Source: Podarcis melisellensis
Taxonomy: Eukaryota
Length of the DNA stretch: 64,000 nucleotides
Strand: one strand, 5' to 3'
NCBI GenBank assembly: GCA_964234715.1
Contig: OZ174280.1
The notes under the pieces are model-generated. The model made no database searches, was not told where the DNA came from, and worked only from the letters and a program-made list of their open reading frames with translations. The position numbers and the translations under genes are program-made. Positions 48,507 through 61,029 of the stretch are shown one piece after another; position 1 is the stretch's first letter, and every line of letters begins with the position of its first letter.

Positions 48507-50158
48507 TAGAGCAAAAAACTTTGTATATGTGATTTTACATAGGCTTTTTTTCCCTTTTGTTACGATGATCTATTTTATGACTTATTTATAGCATTTATTT
48601 TCCTGTGTGTCCAGCCACTGTTAGAAATTATCATCTACCCCACAAGTGCAATGTGCTCCTTCCAGTCAAAAGCAGCCACATGAAATTGCTGTTTCTAAAC
48701 ACCCATTTGCTTGGCCAAGCCAGATTATATCTACCTTTATGTGTCAGTAATGGCAAAGCCCCCCCACACACAAACACACACCCATGTAGTTCTCAACAGT
48801 ACAGAGGAGATGAAATGCCTCCTGAGAGTCAAAACTCCTGTGTGTTTGGCAGAGAATATGAAAAGAAAGCTTGGGTGAAAAAGATTTTGTTCTGTAGCAA
48901 AGGAGGGGGGAGAAGGAAGATGGGTGACGTGACCAACATCCAAGTTCACAGAATGCATTGTGGGAGATCACAACCACGAGATTTGTCCAGATTATGCAGA
49001 CTTGATCTGCCTTGAGCAGGAACAGAGGAGACAAGTGTCCAAAATGTGTGTGCCAAGGAAGCCTGGCCAAACAGCGCTACATACAGTCTTGAAAGGATCA
49101 GGGGAAACTGGCCAGTCTATGGCTATGAAGAAAGTGCTGCGTGCAGAACTTGAGATACCTTGCCAATCCATATAGACTGCAGAATTGGAGAAGAAAGGAA
49201 TAAAGTGGTAGTGAGAGGTTATCAGTCTCTGTAAGCCACCTGCCCCATTCTACACACGGGTGCAGGTCTGCCCCTGTTTGGTGATACAGAGAGCAAACCA
49301 TGGGGCATGACGGCAGACTGAATTTGACAAAACCTGCTGATGAGCCAGAAATTCCTCCCAGCAATGCTTACAAGTCAGACAAGACATGGGACAACCCAGT
49401 GATCCAATTATGACCAAAGTAGGATTCCTACCATGTTCTGCCTCCTTTTTTTTCCATTGGCGAAGTTTCAGATTATTAAGTATGACCTCTAGTGGGTCTC
49501 CTGTGGTTCAATATCATGTTTTATTTATATTGGCCATTGACAGTCCTGTCTAGTCAGCAGCAGAACCATCCGATCTTAGGTAGCCATCTTATATGGACAG
49601 CAGATGATGCTTTAAGGCACGCCAGTTATCTGGTTGCCCAATAAAGTTTATTTCTGTTCCTTTAGATTTTTTCCCCTTTCTTCCTCTGAATTCTGAACTA
49701 GAGGAGATGATTTTCTTCTATAGGAGCCAGGCCTAGAAACAGAACTTTAAGAAGCATTCTACAACTAACAATGTACATAAAAGGACCTAAAAAACAAGTC
49801 ATTCTTTACAAAGGTATATTGATTTTCAATAAAACCATTTGCAAATTGTTGCCTTGGCTCCAAGTAACTGCCACTACTGATTTAGTGACAGTGCATCTCT
49901 TTCTAATAGTATTGTATGTTGTTGGGGTTTTTTTAAAAAAAAATAATACTTATGCTGCAGATAGAAAAACATGCAAACGAAAAAGAACAATAACAGAATT
50001 CTTGTTGTTTTTAAAAACCTGCTAGTATTAACCCATTACCAGACAGCTTACAGGCCCCAAAATAGGTTCATTTTGAAACACAAGAGATGCTTATAGAGGC
50101 TTTTCATTGTAGTAGTTGAAGACAGGAACTCTGGGAAAACCACTTCCTGATTCACATG

Positions 50159-50326
50159 CAGTGGCATAGCATGGGTTGTCAGCACCCGGGGCAAGGCAAG
50201 TAATTTGCGCCCCCTAACCCGTGGATTTGCGCCCCCTAACCCATGGATTTGCGCCCCCTAACCCTACCCCCAGATGTTGCACCCGGTGCGGCCGGCCCCC
50301 CCTGCACCCCCCACGCTATGCCACTG
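50159..50326. mobile_element. hAT MITE with internal 22-bp tandem repeat
   Basis: TIRs CAGTGGCATAGC / GCTATGCCACTG; perfect 8-bp TSD TTCACATG; (atttgcgccccctaacccrtgg)x3. Confidence 0.92.
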
Positions 50327-50349
50327 TTCACATGATACACACCATAAGA

Positions 50350-50485
50350 CAGGCATGGGCAAACACGGCCCTCCAGATGTCTTGGGACTACAACTCCCAT
50401 CATCCCTAGCTAACAGGACCAGTGGTCAGGGATGATGGGAACTGTAGTCTCAAAACATCTGGAGGGTTGAGTTTGCCTGTGCCTG
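50350..50485. mobile_element. Palindromic hAT MITE
   Basis: TIRs CAGGCATGGGCAAAC / GTTTGCCTGTGCCTG; TSD ccataaga/ccatagga; same family as 5934 and 22167. Confidence 0.9.
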
Positions 50486-52801
50486 CCATAGGACCTCATG
50501 TGGACCAGAAAGCTGTCATAAGAAAAAGGAAGTTGTGCAGATTAATTAACGCAATTCAGCTGCCTATAGGCCGAGCCAAATTTCACCAACCTTCTTGACC
50601 CAACAAGCTAGAAACTGTCGGTTCCAAAGGTAACAAATTAACCAGTTCAAAAGTTACATACTTCTAAAAATAAATTACATAGAAGAAGTAAATTGGAAGT
50701 ATCTATTTGGCAATAGATCTATGCTTCCGCATGGGAAATGGTACAAAAATAATTACGTTCAGAATCAAAAATGCAAGAAATGTAGGCTCAGTGAGGATAA
50801 GGGCTTCTGGAGTGATGGGTGTGACTGTCATGCATACATTGGTTATGCTGAACCGTCATATTAAATAGGCAGGAGACCTACTGAACTCACAGGTCACCTA
50901 GCAATAAAAATGAACCAGGGACTCAAAGGTCATGACCACCACTAGATTGCTGCTTTAACAACTCGATTATATTATCTCTCTACATCCTTATAGGTAGGGG
51001 TAACTAAAAGGCTGAGCATTTCAGGGTAAAACGAGATGCAACCACCATATTTACTGTATTTAAGAATATATCTGCCCCAGGTATTGAAGGCTGGGGGTAT
51101 GATTTTAACATCAAAAGCTACAAGCGTATAGTTCAGAGATGGGGAACATTCAACCTTCCAAATATCATTGGATTTCAACTGCCATCATTCCTGGCACTGG
51201 CTGTTGAGAATCAAACAACAGGGACAGCATAGATTCCCCACATCTGCAACAATCTATCTCCAAATGTCTTCCCCATTTCACCACACAGTGCAGCTTTGCT
51301 TCTCTTTTTAGATGTTTTCACTTTGCTATCTTTGTACACCTCTGTGGGCTCCTCCAGAGGAAGGGCAGTACAGAACAAATAAATAAATCCGGAGAAAAGA
51401 GTCTTAGGCGAAGGACACATGAAGTAAGACTGGGCAGTTGAGCTCTCTCTCTTGTGCACCCATTTTGATTATCAATTCACATGTACTCCACTCTCGGTTT
51501 ACACTTGGTCAGATCAGTCACAAATGCAGCTGCCTAGATCCATGTCTGATTTGACCTTCAGACGATCAAACATGTGGATGAACCCTTGGCAGAGAAATCT
51601 GCTGCAACCCAGAATTCTTCCAGAGTGTGGAAGCTTGCAACTGAGGCCTGGCTAGGCCTACAAAAGCACAAACCATCGAGTTCCTTCACCTCAAGCTCTG
51701 TCTATGCGCCAAGCCTCTGAATTATTTAAATAAGAATTCAAAACAAAAACACCAGAGAGACACACAGCTTCGGAGAACAAGCATTCTTCACTCTAGATAA
51801 ATCCAATTCTTTCCCACAAACACCATCTGCACATGATAATTCAAACGCCACGGCCTCAAACACAAACTGCTCAGTTCTCACTCTAGAGAATTCAGATTCC
51901 CCTAGACGCACAAAACTCCCTAAAAATTACAGCCCTAGATACCTCCAACCGCACAAAAGAGAGGGCAATTCAGAGCATTCTGCCTTATCCGTTTCCATTT
52001 TTGTGCTCCCTCTACGATCAAGTAATGGGTAAATCTGCCAGAGCTATCGCATTCTGTGGCATTAGCAACACTGGAGGAACATGACAAAACAAGTTATCAA
52101 GCTGTTAATGAAGGAAAGGGTGTGTGGATGTTGATGGTCCAGTATTGTGAAGCCATCATTGTGCACATGAACTGCACATTGTACCCAGGAACAATGCCTT
52201 TGCAAAGCTCCAGAACACCTAACATGCAGATAAACCTGCCCCAAATAATCTCCGGCAGTGATGCACAGGTTCCACACCTGCTGGCTAGAAATTCTGAACA
52301 GAATGCCAGGCAGGTGTTCCAGGTTGCCACCTTGCCTTCACAGCTCCAGTTGTAACGGAGCAGACTGGATTTCACATGACACGGCCCATGGGTGTTCTAC
52401 ATCTACGATGAACTGTGAACATTATTTCTGCCACGGCATACATATCTGATGCTGCGAAAACATTAGTTGGGTCAAGTGGAATTTCACACTTGAGATGTCG
52501 TGCAATTAGATGTGGTCCAAACTCAGAAAACAGATTGCTTTTCTGCATCGCCTCCGGAGATTTAAATTCCTTGCTTAATGGATAAACAGTTAAGAGAGTC
52601 GCTCCTTGTTCTTAAGCCTTTGTCTCGTCATTGTGCTGATCTTCAGATTTTTCAAACAGTGTGGTGATTAAAATGGGGGGTTGCCTGCTGCTTCTGCAAG
52701 TTCTTGAACTACTGCAGGGATGGCCCACAACTTGTGAGTCTGTGGGGGGGCTATTATATTCTTCAGATGCTAATCCATGAGACAATCTGACTCCCTCATA
52801 A

Positions 52802-53175
52802 GGGGAGGGCCATAATTCTGTGGCAGAACATCTGTTTTGAATGGAGAAGGTCCCAGGTTCAATCCCTAGCAACTTCAGGTAGGGCTGGGAGACAACCTGG
52901 TCTGAAACCCTGGAGAACCACTGTCAGGGAGCATAGATAATAGTAAGCTACAGTGGTACCTCAGGTTAAGAACTTAATTCGTTCTGGAGGTCCATTCTTA
53001 ACCTGAAACTGTTCTTAACCTGAAGCACCACTTTAGCTAATGGGGCCTCCTGCTGCCGCTGCGCTGCCGGAGCACAATTTCTGTTCTTATCCTGAAGCAA
53101 AGTTCTGTAACCTGAGGTACCACTGTATATGAATCGGTGGTCCAACTCAATGTAAGACAGCTTCCTACGTTCCTA
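52802..53175 (+). mobile_element. tRNA-head/CR1-tail SINE interrupted by a mariner MITE
   Basis: B box 'ccaggttcaatccc', tail 'cagcttcctacgttccta'. Confidence 0.7.
52951..53125 (-). mobile_element. Tc1/mariner (Tigger/pogo-like) MITE
   Basis: TIR CAGTGGTACCTCAGGTTA at both ends; TA TSD. Confidence 0.92.
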
Positions 53176-53185
53176 AATTCCTATA

Positions 53186-53404
53186 CAGTGGTACCTTGGG
53201 TTACAGACGCTTCAGGTTACGGACTCCGCTAACCCAGAAATTGTACCCCGGGTTAAGAACTTTGCTTCAGGATGAGAACAGAAATCGTGTGGTGGTGGCA
53301 CGGTGGCAGCGGGAGGCCCCATTAGCTAAAGTGGTGCCTCAGGTTAAGAACAGTTTCAGGTTCAGAACGGACCTCCAGAACGAATTAAGTTCATAATACC
53401 ACTG
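53186..53404 (+). mobile_element. Tc1/mariner (Tigger/pogo-like) MITE
   Basis: Colinear with 25946-26166; TA TSD; small deletion in the right TIR. Confidence 0.9.
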
Positions 53405-53494
53405 TATTCCTATGCTTTTCTGGAACACAGAAAAAATAGTAATTCATTGCTCATTTTCGTTACATAACTGAGGACTGTATTGTATAATAATTAC

Positions 53495-53700
53495 AGTGTT
53501 GAACTAGGGCATGAGAGACCCGGGTTCAAATTCCTTTTCAGCCATGAAGCTCACAGAATGATCTTGCACCAGTCACACACACACACACACACTCTCACTC
53601 TCAGGCTTTCCTACCTCGCAGGATCATTGTGGGGATAAAATGGGGAGCACCACGCATGCAGCTTTGGGCTCCATGGTGGAAAGGTAGGGTGTCAATGTAA
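53495..53700 (+). mobile_element. MIR/CORE-like SINE
   Basis: 'gagacccgggttcaaattcc..agccatgaagctcac..cctacctcgcaggatcattgtggggataaaatgg'. Confidence 0.65.
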
Positions 53701-53799
53701 AAAGGGCATAAACAACCGTCCCTAAATAAAAATGAAATAGGGTCACTGGAGAGCTGATTGGCCCACTTTAGGGGGCTGGATCAGGACTGCCACAGGCCA

Positions 53800-54130
53800 C
53801 CCATGAGTTAATAGAATAACGCTGATAAAGGCTACTGCTGCCTCTTAATGTTAAGTTTGAGGATAAACAGCAACAAAGGATACATCGTACCTGATGCAAG
53901 CCGAACACTGAAATGTCAATGATGGCCATAAAACAGCCTATTAACATAAATAAACTTGACGAAAATTGGATATCATTATGTTGTTTGTCACCTCCTGCTC
54001 GACCCACATTATACAATACAATGAAACTCCCGATACACAATCAATAATAATAGTTAGCACTCGGTGGGTACTTTGCATGTTCAAATTGCCGTACGAACAT
54101 CAACTAATCAATCAAATGATAGCAACACAC
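53800..54130. promoter_or_regulatory. Candidate conserved non-coding element
   Basis: GGCCATAAAA (posterior HOX/CDX), AATCAATCAA (PBX), ACAAAG/ACAATG (SOX), GATAA and ATAAACA motifs in repeat-free DNA. Confidence 0.4.
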
Positions 54131-54487
54131 TAAGGACTGGATTCCAAGGCATAAGCATTACTGAATTGGGGGACGGGGGAGGAAGTCTGGCAAATGCCTG
54201 GCAGCATCCTGTATCAAATGATTTGGTGAAAAGTGAGGGGAATATTGCAATTGGCCGCTCAGTATAGCTTAGCCTGTGGGCGTGGGAAGCATCCTCCAGC
54301 TTCGAAAGGGTTAGTTATTAAAGTGTAGTCTGGGTCAGGACACAAGAACTAACATCAAACCAAGAAGAACGTCTGAAAGGAGGCCATGTTGGGGAAGGGC
54401 TCCCTCTCCTCAGCTTTGAAGCAGCAGGAGAGGCGCACTTCCGGCTCCTCTTACTGCGCCAACTGCTCACGAGGTTCAGCAGCCAAT

Positions 54488-54612
54488 TGTAGAATTGTAG
54501 AGCTGAGGATCCTCTAGTCCAACCTCCTGCAATGCAGGAATATGCAGCTGTCTCATACGGGGATCGAACCTGCAACCTTGGAATTATCAACACCATGCTC
54601 TAACTGAGCTAT
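54488..54612 (-). mobile_element. tRNA-head SINE with CR1-derived tail
   Basis: Reverse complement reads atagctcagttagagcatggtg...ggttgcaggttcgatcccc followed by the CR1 tail. Confidence 0.8.
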
Positions 54613-54830
54613 TTCATGGGTAAATGAGGGGACACAGCTGAGAAGTGAACTGGAGGGAGAGCTTCCTCTCTCTGGTCCGCTCCCCCAGCTATAAAAGCCA
54701 GTTGCTCAGACCTCAGTTGACATTGGATCCCCTCCCCTTTCCCTCCCTTGTTACTGTCGGTTAAGTTCGCAGGCTGGGAGTACATCAGTTGCTGTATTCA
54801 GGGTCAGGGAGGAATCATCCATGCAGACTA

Positions 54831-55082
54831 CAGTGGTGCCTCTGGATGCGAATGAGATCCATTCCGGAGCCCCGTTCGCATCCTGAAGAGAATGCAACCC
54901 GCGTCTGCGTTTCCACGGGTTGTGATTCGCTACTTCCGCGCATGCGCGTGACGTCATTTTGAGCGTCTGGGCATGCGCGAGCGGCGAAACCCGGTAGTAA
55001 CGCACTCTGTTACTTCCGGGTCGCCGCAGAGCGCAACCCGAAAATATTCATCCCGAAGCTACTTCAACCCGAGGTATGACTG
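54831..55082. mobile_element. CpG-rich Tigger/pogo-like MITE
   Basis: TIRs CAGTGGTGCCTCTGG / CCCGAGGTATGACTG; TA TSD. Confidence 0.8.
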
Positions 55083-58000
55083 TAGTTGGGCCTGTCTGCA
55101 TGGTTTTAACCTGCCTCATAGCAATCATCACAGCTTACTGGCAGACAAGGCATTGGGTTGGATCCTTAGTCCAAGAAGCATGGAAGTGGCTCCCCCACCC
55201 TGCTTAAGGAAGCCTGGGGGGGTGCTTCATGTCCAGACGCCCAGCTCTGGGGCTGACAGGCCTTAGTGCCCCCTACCACTGACCATGGTGGTGAGCTTGG
55301 TCAGCCTCTACCTACCAGCAACCAACAGTTAGGCTGGTTTCAGGATACACACCTAATGCCTGCGCCAAAATCTGCCAACATCTGTTATCAATAAAAGTTG
55401 TGTCCTGATTGAATCCCAATAGTGCTGTCCTGGGTCTTTATTGTGTTTATGGCACATCCCCATTGGCTCCCGTGCACCTGGGTCCACAAATTTTATTCTG
55501 AACAACTTTCTTTCTCTCCATGCTTGTTACGTTTGTTTTTCTATACACCTCCTCTGCAAAGTACAACTAGCTGTTTCACACAGCTTTTGATTAAAAGTTT
55601 CTGCCCAAATATGCACTCTCTTTGCAGCTCATCACTGTGGGAATTAATCAAAGGCACCCTCGTCCTCCCTTCCCAAAGGGCAAGACTGTGTGTAGATTCA
55701 CCCATGGAAAACGACAGAGGAACCCAGCCTGAAAACATTGGAAGTCCTTGTTCATCATAGGGATGGGGGGATTTGGAAATGGTCTAAGGCTTCCGTATCC
55801 TGCGGGGTGTTTGATTTCCTTCATTGTGGTGGGAAACATATTTCTTCCCACTCTCCAGTATATGAAGTGAACCTCCTTCTGAAGCCCTGAAAGAGCTATG
55901 TCTGTTTGTAGCATGAACCTGAACTCTTTGCAATCGAGGATAGGAGGAGGGAGAGAGAGCCATAAAGCTTGCTTAAATTCCAGGGATCCCAGGTGTATAT
56001 TGATTCTGAAAGAATGGAAGCAGATGTCTTGTCTTCAAATCTGAAATGTGATAATAAAAGCATCCTTGGGGGACAAAATGACACTGAGCAAGTCTTGCAT
56101 TCTGCCTCCAACCTGTAGTTTAGAATGCTTTTTAATAAGTCATAAAACTATGTTTAGGAGACTAACTTTCCCCCATTTCCACAGAAATTCATGGGCATTA
56201 TTTTTTGCTTTTTGAATGCAAACATTCCACTTGACAAGCTTAATGCTAAAACTTTGGGGGTTGTTGTTTTTTTAAAGATACATTTCTCCATCTGTTTGAT
56301 CTCGCTGTAGCATAGATGTGCTGCAGAATCAAATCCTGTCAATGCAAGGAACCCTGATTAGAAAGGTGGCAGTGTTTTCAGTCTCGACTGAAACCAGGAT
56401 CACAAGGTGGGACTTGACTAGTCCCAAAACCTGATGCATCCTTTCCCCTTTCGTAGATGTACACAGAGGCATGAAAAAGACTTGGCCCCCAAATTTAAAT
56501 TTAAATCAAACCCTAGAGCAAAACTAGTTGTTGCTAATCACACGAGCTTCGGACCATAGCTCCATAGCAGAACACATTCTCTGCATGCAGAAGTTCTCGA
56601 GATCATCCTCTTGCAACTCCAGAGGTATGACTAAGGAAATCGGCCATCCGAAAACCTGGAGGACCACTACCTGTCAGTGTACATAATACTGAGCCAGATA
56701 ATCCCATATATATATTCAGACTGGTGTTAGGAAAAGGAAGAGACAGATGAAGCAGCAGGTAATCTCACGAAGCCTGCATAGAAAGATGGCATTGCTGTTT
56801 CTTGCACCTGTAAGGATCTTATTCCCCACAAGTGGTAGCAGGACACAGGTGGCCAAAGGATCCTCATCTTGTGGCTCCCACTTGCTTACCTTGCTGGTAA
56901 AGAAACCCAGGCTGAGAAGGTGGGAAAGCAGACTTAGAAATATGGAATGTGAAAGATTTCAAGGCAGGGGGGACCTTATATTTGGTTAAAAAAACAGTTC
57001 AGTGCTAATATTTCATATGTTCAGATTTATGTTTTAATATTCCAGGACTGCTGCTTCATTGTTTGGTACCACAGCTTTACCAGCAGAATGTGTGGCAGAT
57101 GGTTTGCATTTGCGTTCGCCTTCTGGAAAAGGAATCCGCTTCTACCAACATAAGCTGCAAGTTTTTCTTTTCAAGTTTACAAGGAAATGGTCAGAATGGC
57201 ATTACAAAAAAAAAAAGGAAAAAAGCTTCGCTCTCTCAGACTCCCTGTTCTGCAGAGAAGGAACTACACCCACCCAAACTATGTTGTCATCCGCATGTAC
57301 ATTTAGTTCCCAAAGTGTTTGTTTAAAATTATTTAGCTATTTCATTATGCACAAAGACTTTTAAAAGACCTTTCTTTCTGCCCTTCTGAAAACACTTAAT
57401 TTCGTTTGTCGTTTGTTACAGAGTGGAGTTCTGTGAGGCTAAGATATATTATTTGCTCTAGTCTGTATTGGATAAATTATTGCATTAAGAAACCAATAAT
57501 TTTCAAATATAATCAGATTTAAGGTTTTAATAAGATTCATCCTCCTATTCACACTTGCTTAATTTAAGGATATTAAATCTGCTCAGGAATGAGCTGCTTT
57601 TCAAAGCCATGTGTGCCTATTACAGGATTTTATTCCTGATGTGTTAATAGGATTTAATTATATTAGCTTCAGAGACAAGGGACTCGCCACAATAGTCAAA
57701 CTTGATAAAAATCAAGCAGAATCATGCCAGCAAAGTATTGACCAGTCACTCTTCCTTAAAAGACAAATGAGGCTTGGTCATTTTGACATTTTGTACTCTA
57801 CTGATATACCTCCTTCCGAAATGTAGAAGGCAGTCTATGGCAGAAAACCTCATGTAAAATATTTGTGTGCCAGGCACATTCATGTGAAGTAAGGTCTCAA
57901 AGCAATAATGAACCAGAAACTACTGGGTCATAACTTTATCGGCCACATCATTGCCTAATTTGGTGCAGCAAAGTCCATCCATTGGGTAGCTTGCCTACTG

Positions 58001-58184
58001 GCCAATATCACCACCCAGCCCGCTCACTGGGTTGAACCAGAGAAGTTGACAAACAGGTAGGTACCACCATAGAACATGCCAAACATGTGGGTCCACAAAC
58101 TGGGGAGCATGATCACCGGCCTCCTCCCCACCCAGCTGGGACAGAATGTCCTGAACCCCTGGCCTACCTGGCAGCAAGTCAGTA

Positions 58185-58777
58185 TGTCACGTCCAAATGT
58201 CCAATGTCCAAAGGTGAGGAAATGTAGTCCAGGGTCAATTCAAGGAACCAAGTCTGAAGTCCAGCAGTGCAGAGTCAAACCCAAAGTATAGTCCCACTGA
58301 GGCCCAGGAGCATCCAAGCCAATATCCATCAAAACATGGCCAGTTGAGCAGGCACAGCACCTCAGCTCTGCTGCCCTTTTATACTTTGCAGCATCTGGGC
58401 TTGATGAGGCATGTGTCCCTCACCAGTTCTAAGCCTACTCCAGATGAGGAGTCACACACACCTTCCCAGAGCTAGCGAGCCCCACCTGGCCAGCTATGGG
58501 GCTGGGCTGTGGGCCCTTGCCTGCCTCAGCCTCCTAGAGCACCCCTCCTGCTTCTCCTTATGCCTCAGAGCCTGCTGTGTTAAAGGGGACAGGGACCCCT
58601 CTGGCTCTGATGATGGGTCCTGCTGCTCTGGTTCCTGTACCTCCATCTCCACGCCATTCTCCGCCACCCTGTGCATACTTCCTTCCTCATTTCCTGCTTG
58701 CCCCGGTGTGTCCCAGTCCTGGCTGTACCCCTTGCCAGGATCCTCTTCCTCCTCTTCCTTCTCCCCAGTTCATGACA
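58185..58777 (-). mobile_element. Solo LTR (Gypsy-like)
   Basis: Inverted termini TGTCACG/CATGACA, reverse TATA 'cccttttatact' near 58375, layout like 561-1006; TSD weak (cagta/tagaa). Confidence 0.6.
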
Positions 58778-59841
58778 TAGAAGCTTTTTGGGGTGACTCC
58801 AAGATCCTTTATGTAAGCTGTGGATCCCACACAATGCTCTCGCCTGCTAATGGAGAAGTTGTGACAGACTAACGTAGCCAACAAATATATACATACTCAG
58901 AACCTTGCTGCGGGGAAGGCACAAAGCCTCCTGGTCAACCGACCAATAAAGACCATGAGTTAAATACCTTCTTGTCCCCATTAAGCAGCAGTTGACACTT
59001 TCCACAGCAAAGATTACTACAATCCAGGCAGGGTCCATGGAGAAGCCCAGAGACTGAACATGGGAATGGAAGGAGAAGGTCTTCTACACAAGCCCCACAT
59101 CCCAGGAACCAGCATGGACTACCCATTGGATTCTGGGATCCCAGGACCACCTGAGCTATGGCACAGAAGCCCACCCAGATGACAGCCTGCCTCCACTTCA
59201 CCAGTGTGCAGAAGTGACACCCAACACACACGTTGAGAAGTGGCAAATTGGCTCTTAAGATGAAGTCAACACAACTAGTTAACAAAAAAGCTGCCTTTCT
59301 GTGCTGTGCTGCAAGTGAGGGGGCTGTGTTATAGAAGTTTCTGGTCTACTTGTGCTGTTTTCTGCAACATCCAACATATAGTCCAAGATGCAGTGGTCAC
59401 CACTGGTTGGCCCAGTGACCTCCACACCAGCACATTTTTTATCCTCTCTTTCTTAGTACTTGTGCAATGAATGAATGTTGTTAATGCAGGACAGAATGAG
59501 CCATAAATATACAGCCATCTAAACTTACAAGTGAAATGGTTGACCGATGGCACAGCATTGAGCATTTTTCTTTTCTCAGAAGAGAAACATAAAGTATACA
59601 ATGCAACAAATGCCAGGTTTTTACATATGCATTGTAGACCAATTTTAGCAAAAACTGGCTTAAGATTTGCTTGCAGAAATGTTGCAAATGTTGCAAGTCT
59701 ATTTTATTTTATTTATTTATTTATTTATTTATTGCAAAGCCCTGAGTAACAGAGTAAATATTTGTGTCTCCTTGAATGTAATACTGCACTGAAAAAAGAG
59801 GGCAGGGCTTTGTGTTTAAGTAACTTCTATAGATACCACAA

Positions 59842-60196
59842 GGGATGCGGGTGGCACTGTGGGTTAAACCACAGAGCCTAGGACTTGCTGATCAGAAGGT
59901 CAGCGGTTTGAATCCCCGTGACGGGGTGAGCTCCCGTTGCTCGGTCCCTGCTCCTGCCAACCTAGCAGTTCGAAAGCACGTCAAAGTGCAAGTAGATAAA
60001 TAGGTACCACTCCAGTGGGAAGGTAAATGGTGTTTCCGTGCACTGCTCTGGTTCGCCATAAGTGGCTTAGTCTTACTGGCTACATGACCCGGAAGCTGTA
60101 TGCCAGCTCCCTTGGACAATAAAACGAGATGAGCGCTGCAACCCCAGAGTCGGCCACGACTGGACCTAATGGTCAGGGGTCCCTTTACCTTTACCT
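59842..60196 (+). mobile_element. Sauria SINE (POM-type), full length
   Basis: Colinear with 3088 and 15060; (ACCTTT)n tail; TSD tatagataccaca/tatagacaccaca. Confidence 0.95.
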
Positions 60197-60776
60197 TATA
60201 GACACCACACAACCCAGGAACAAGAACCTCTGTCCTACTGCCATTGCTGAAATAAGATGGTGCTTCTCTGTTTCAGCCATAGCCAGTTTCACTTTTAACT
60301 GCTTTGCATTTCGTTTTTCACAGAAGCTTCTCTAAAAAAGGAAGCCTGCTCCATATTCCCCTCTCCTCCTTCGACCTCCTTTTGACTACTGAGCTCATAG
60401 CTTTATACAGGTCACACAGAAATGCAGCACAACATTATAAAAAGCAAGAGCATTAACTGCTGCCTTGATTTCTTCCTTTCCTGTGGCTAATTAGGTTAAT
60501 GGCAAACAGTCACGGAAATCGAAGGCCTTCTGCAGCGGCACAGTTGGGCAGACGACAATGGGAGGGAGGCCCAGGCTGCTGTAGTCTGCATACATCATCA
60601 GTTTCTCTGCCAGCATCATTTGCAATTGATTGGGAACCTTGGCTCTGGCTAAGTTTGCATGAAAGCTAAAAGTACAGCAGTCAGGGTTTCCAGTGCCTGC
60701 ACACAACTTTGAGATGGAAAAAGAGAACCGGCTCTCACAGAAGCAAAAAGGGGAAATGTCTGATTTGCAATGTTAT

Positions 60777-60777
<1 letters not shown>

Positions 60778-60823
<46 letters not shown>

Positions 60824-60935
60824 TTATTATTTATACCCCACCCATCTGGCTGAGCTTCCCCAGCCACTCTGGGCGGCTTCCAATCAAGTGCTAAAAACAA
60901 TACAGCATTAAATATTAAAAACTTCCCTAAACAGA
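60778..60935 (-). mobile_element. L2 3' end with (AAT)n tail
   Basis: 'tttataccccacccatctggctgagcttccccagccactctgggcggcttcc'; same family as 12113-12408. Confidence 0.8.
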
Positions 60936-61029
60936 GGTTAGAGAATCCAGTCTGTGTTCTTCTGGGTTGCAGTTCAACAGGTTCTGGAGGAGTTCCAGTC
61001 CAGGTTTTATAGACAGCTCAGGAACTCTG

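Noticed and set aside
54540-54612. tRNA gene
   Set aside because: A and B boxes run directly into a CR1-type tail with no proper acceptor stem; this is a SINE head (likewise 5320 and 14250)
55084-55490. Possible LTR/DIRS-like fragment, weakly similar to 57900-58140
   Set aside because: Similarity too low and no termini or TSD, so it could not be classified
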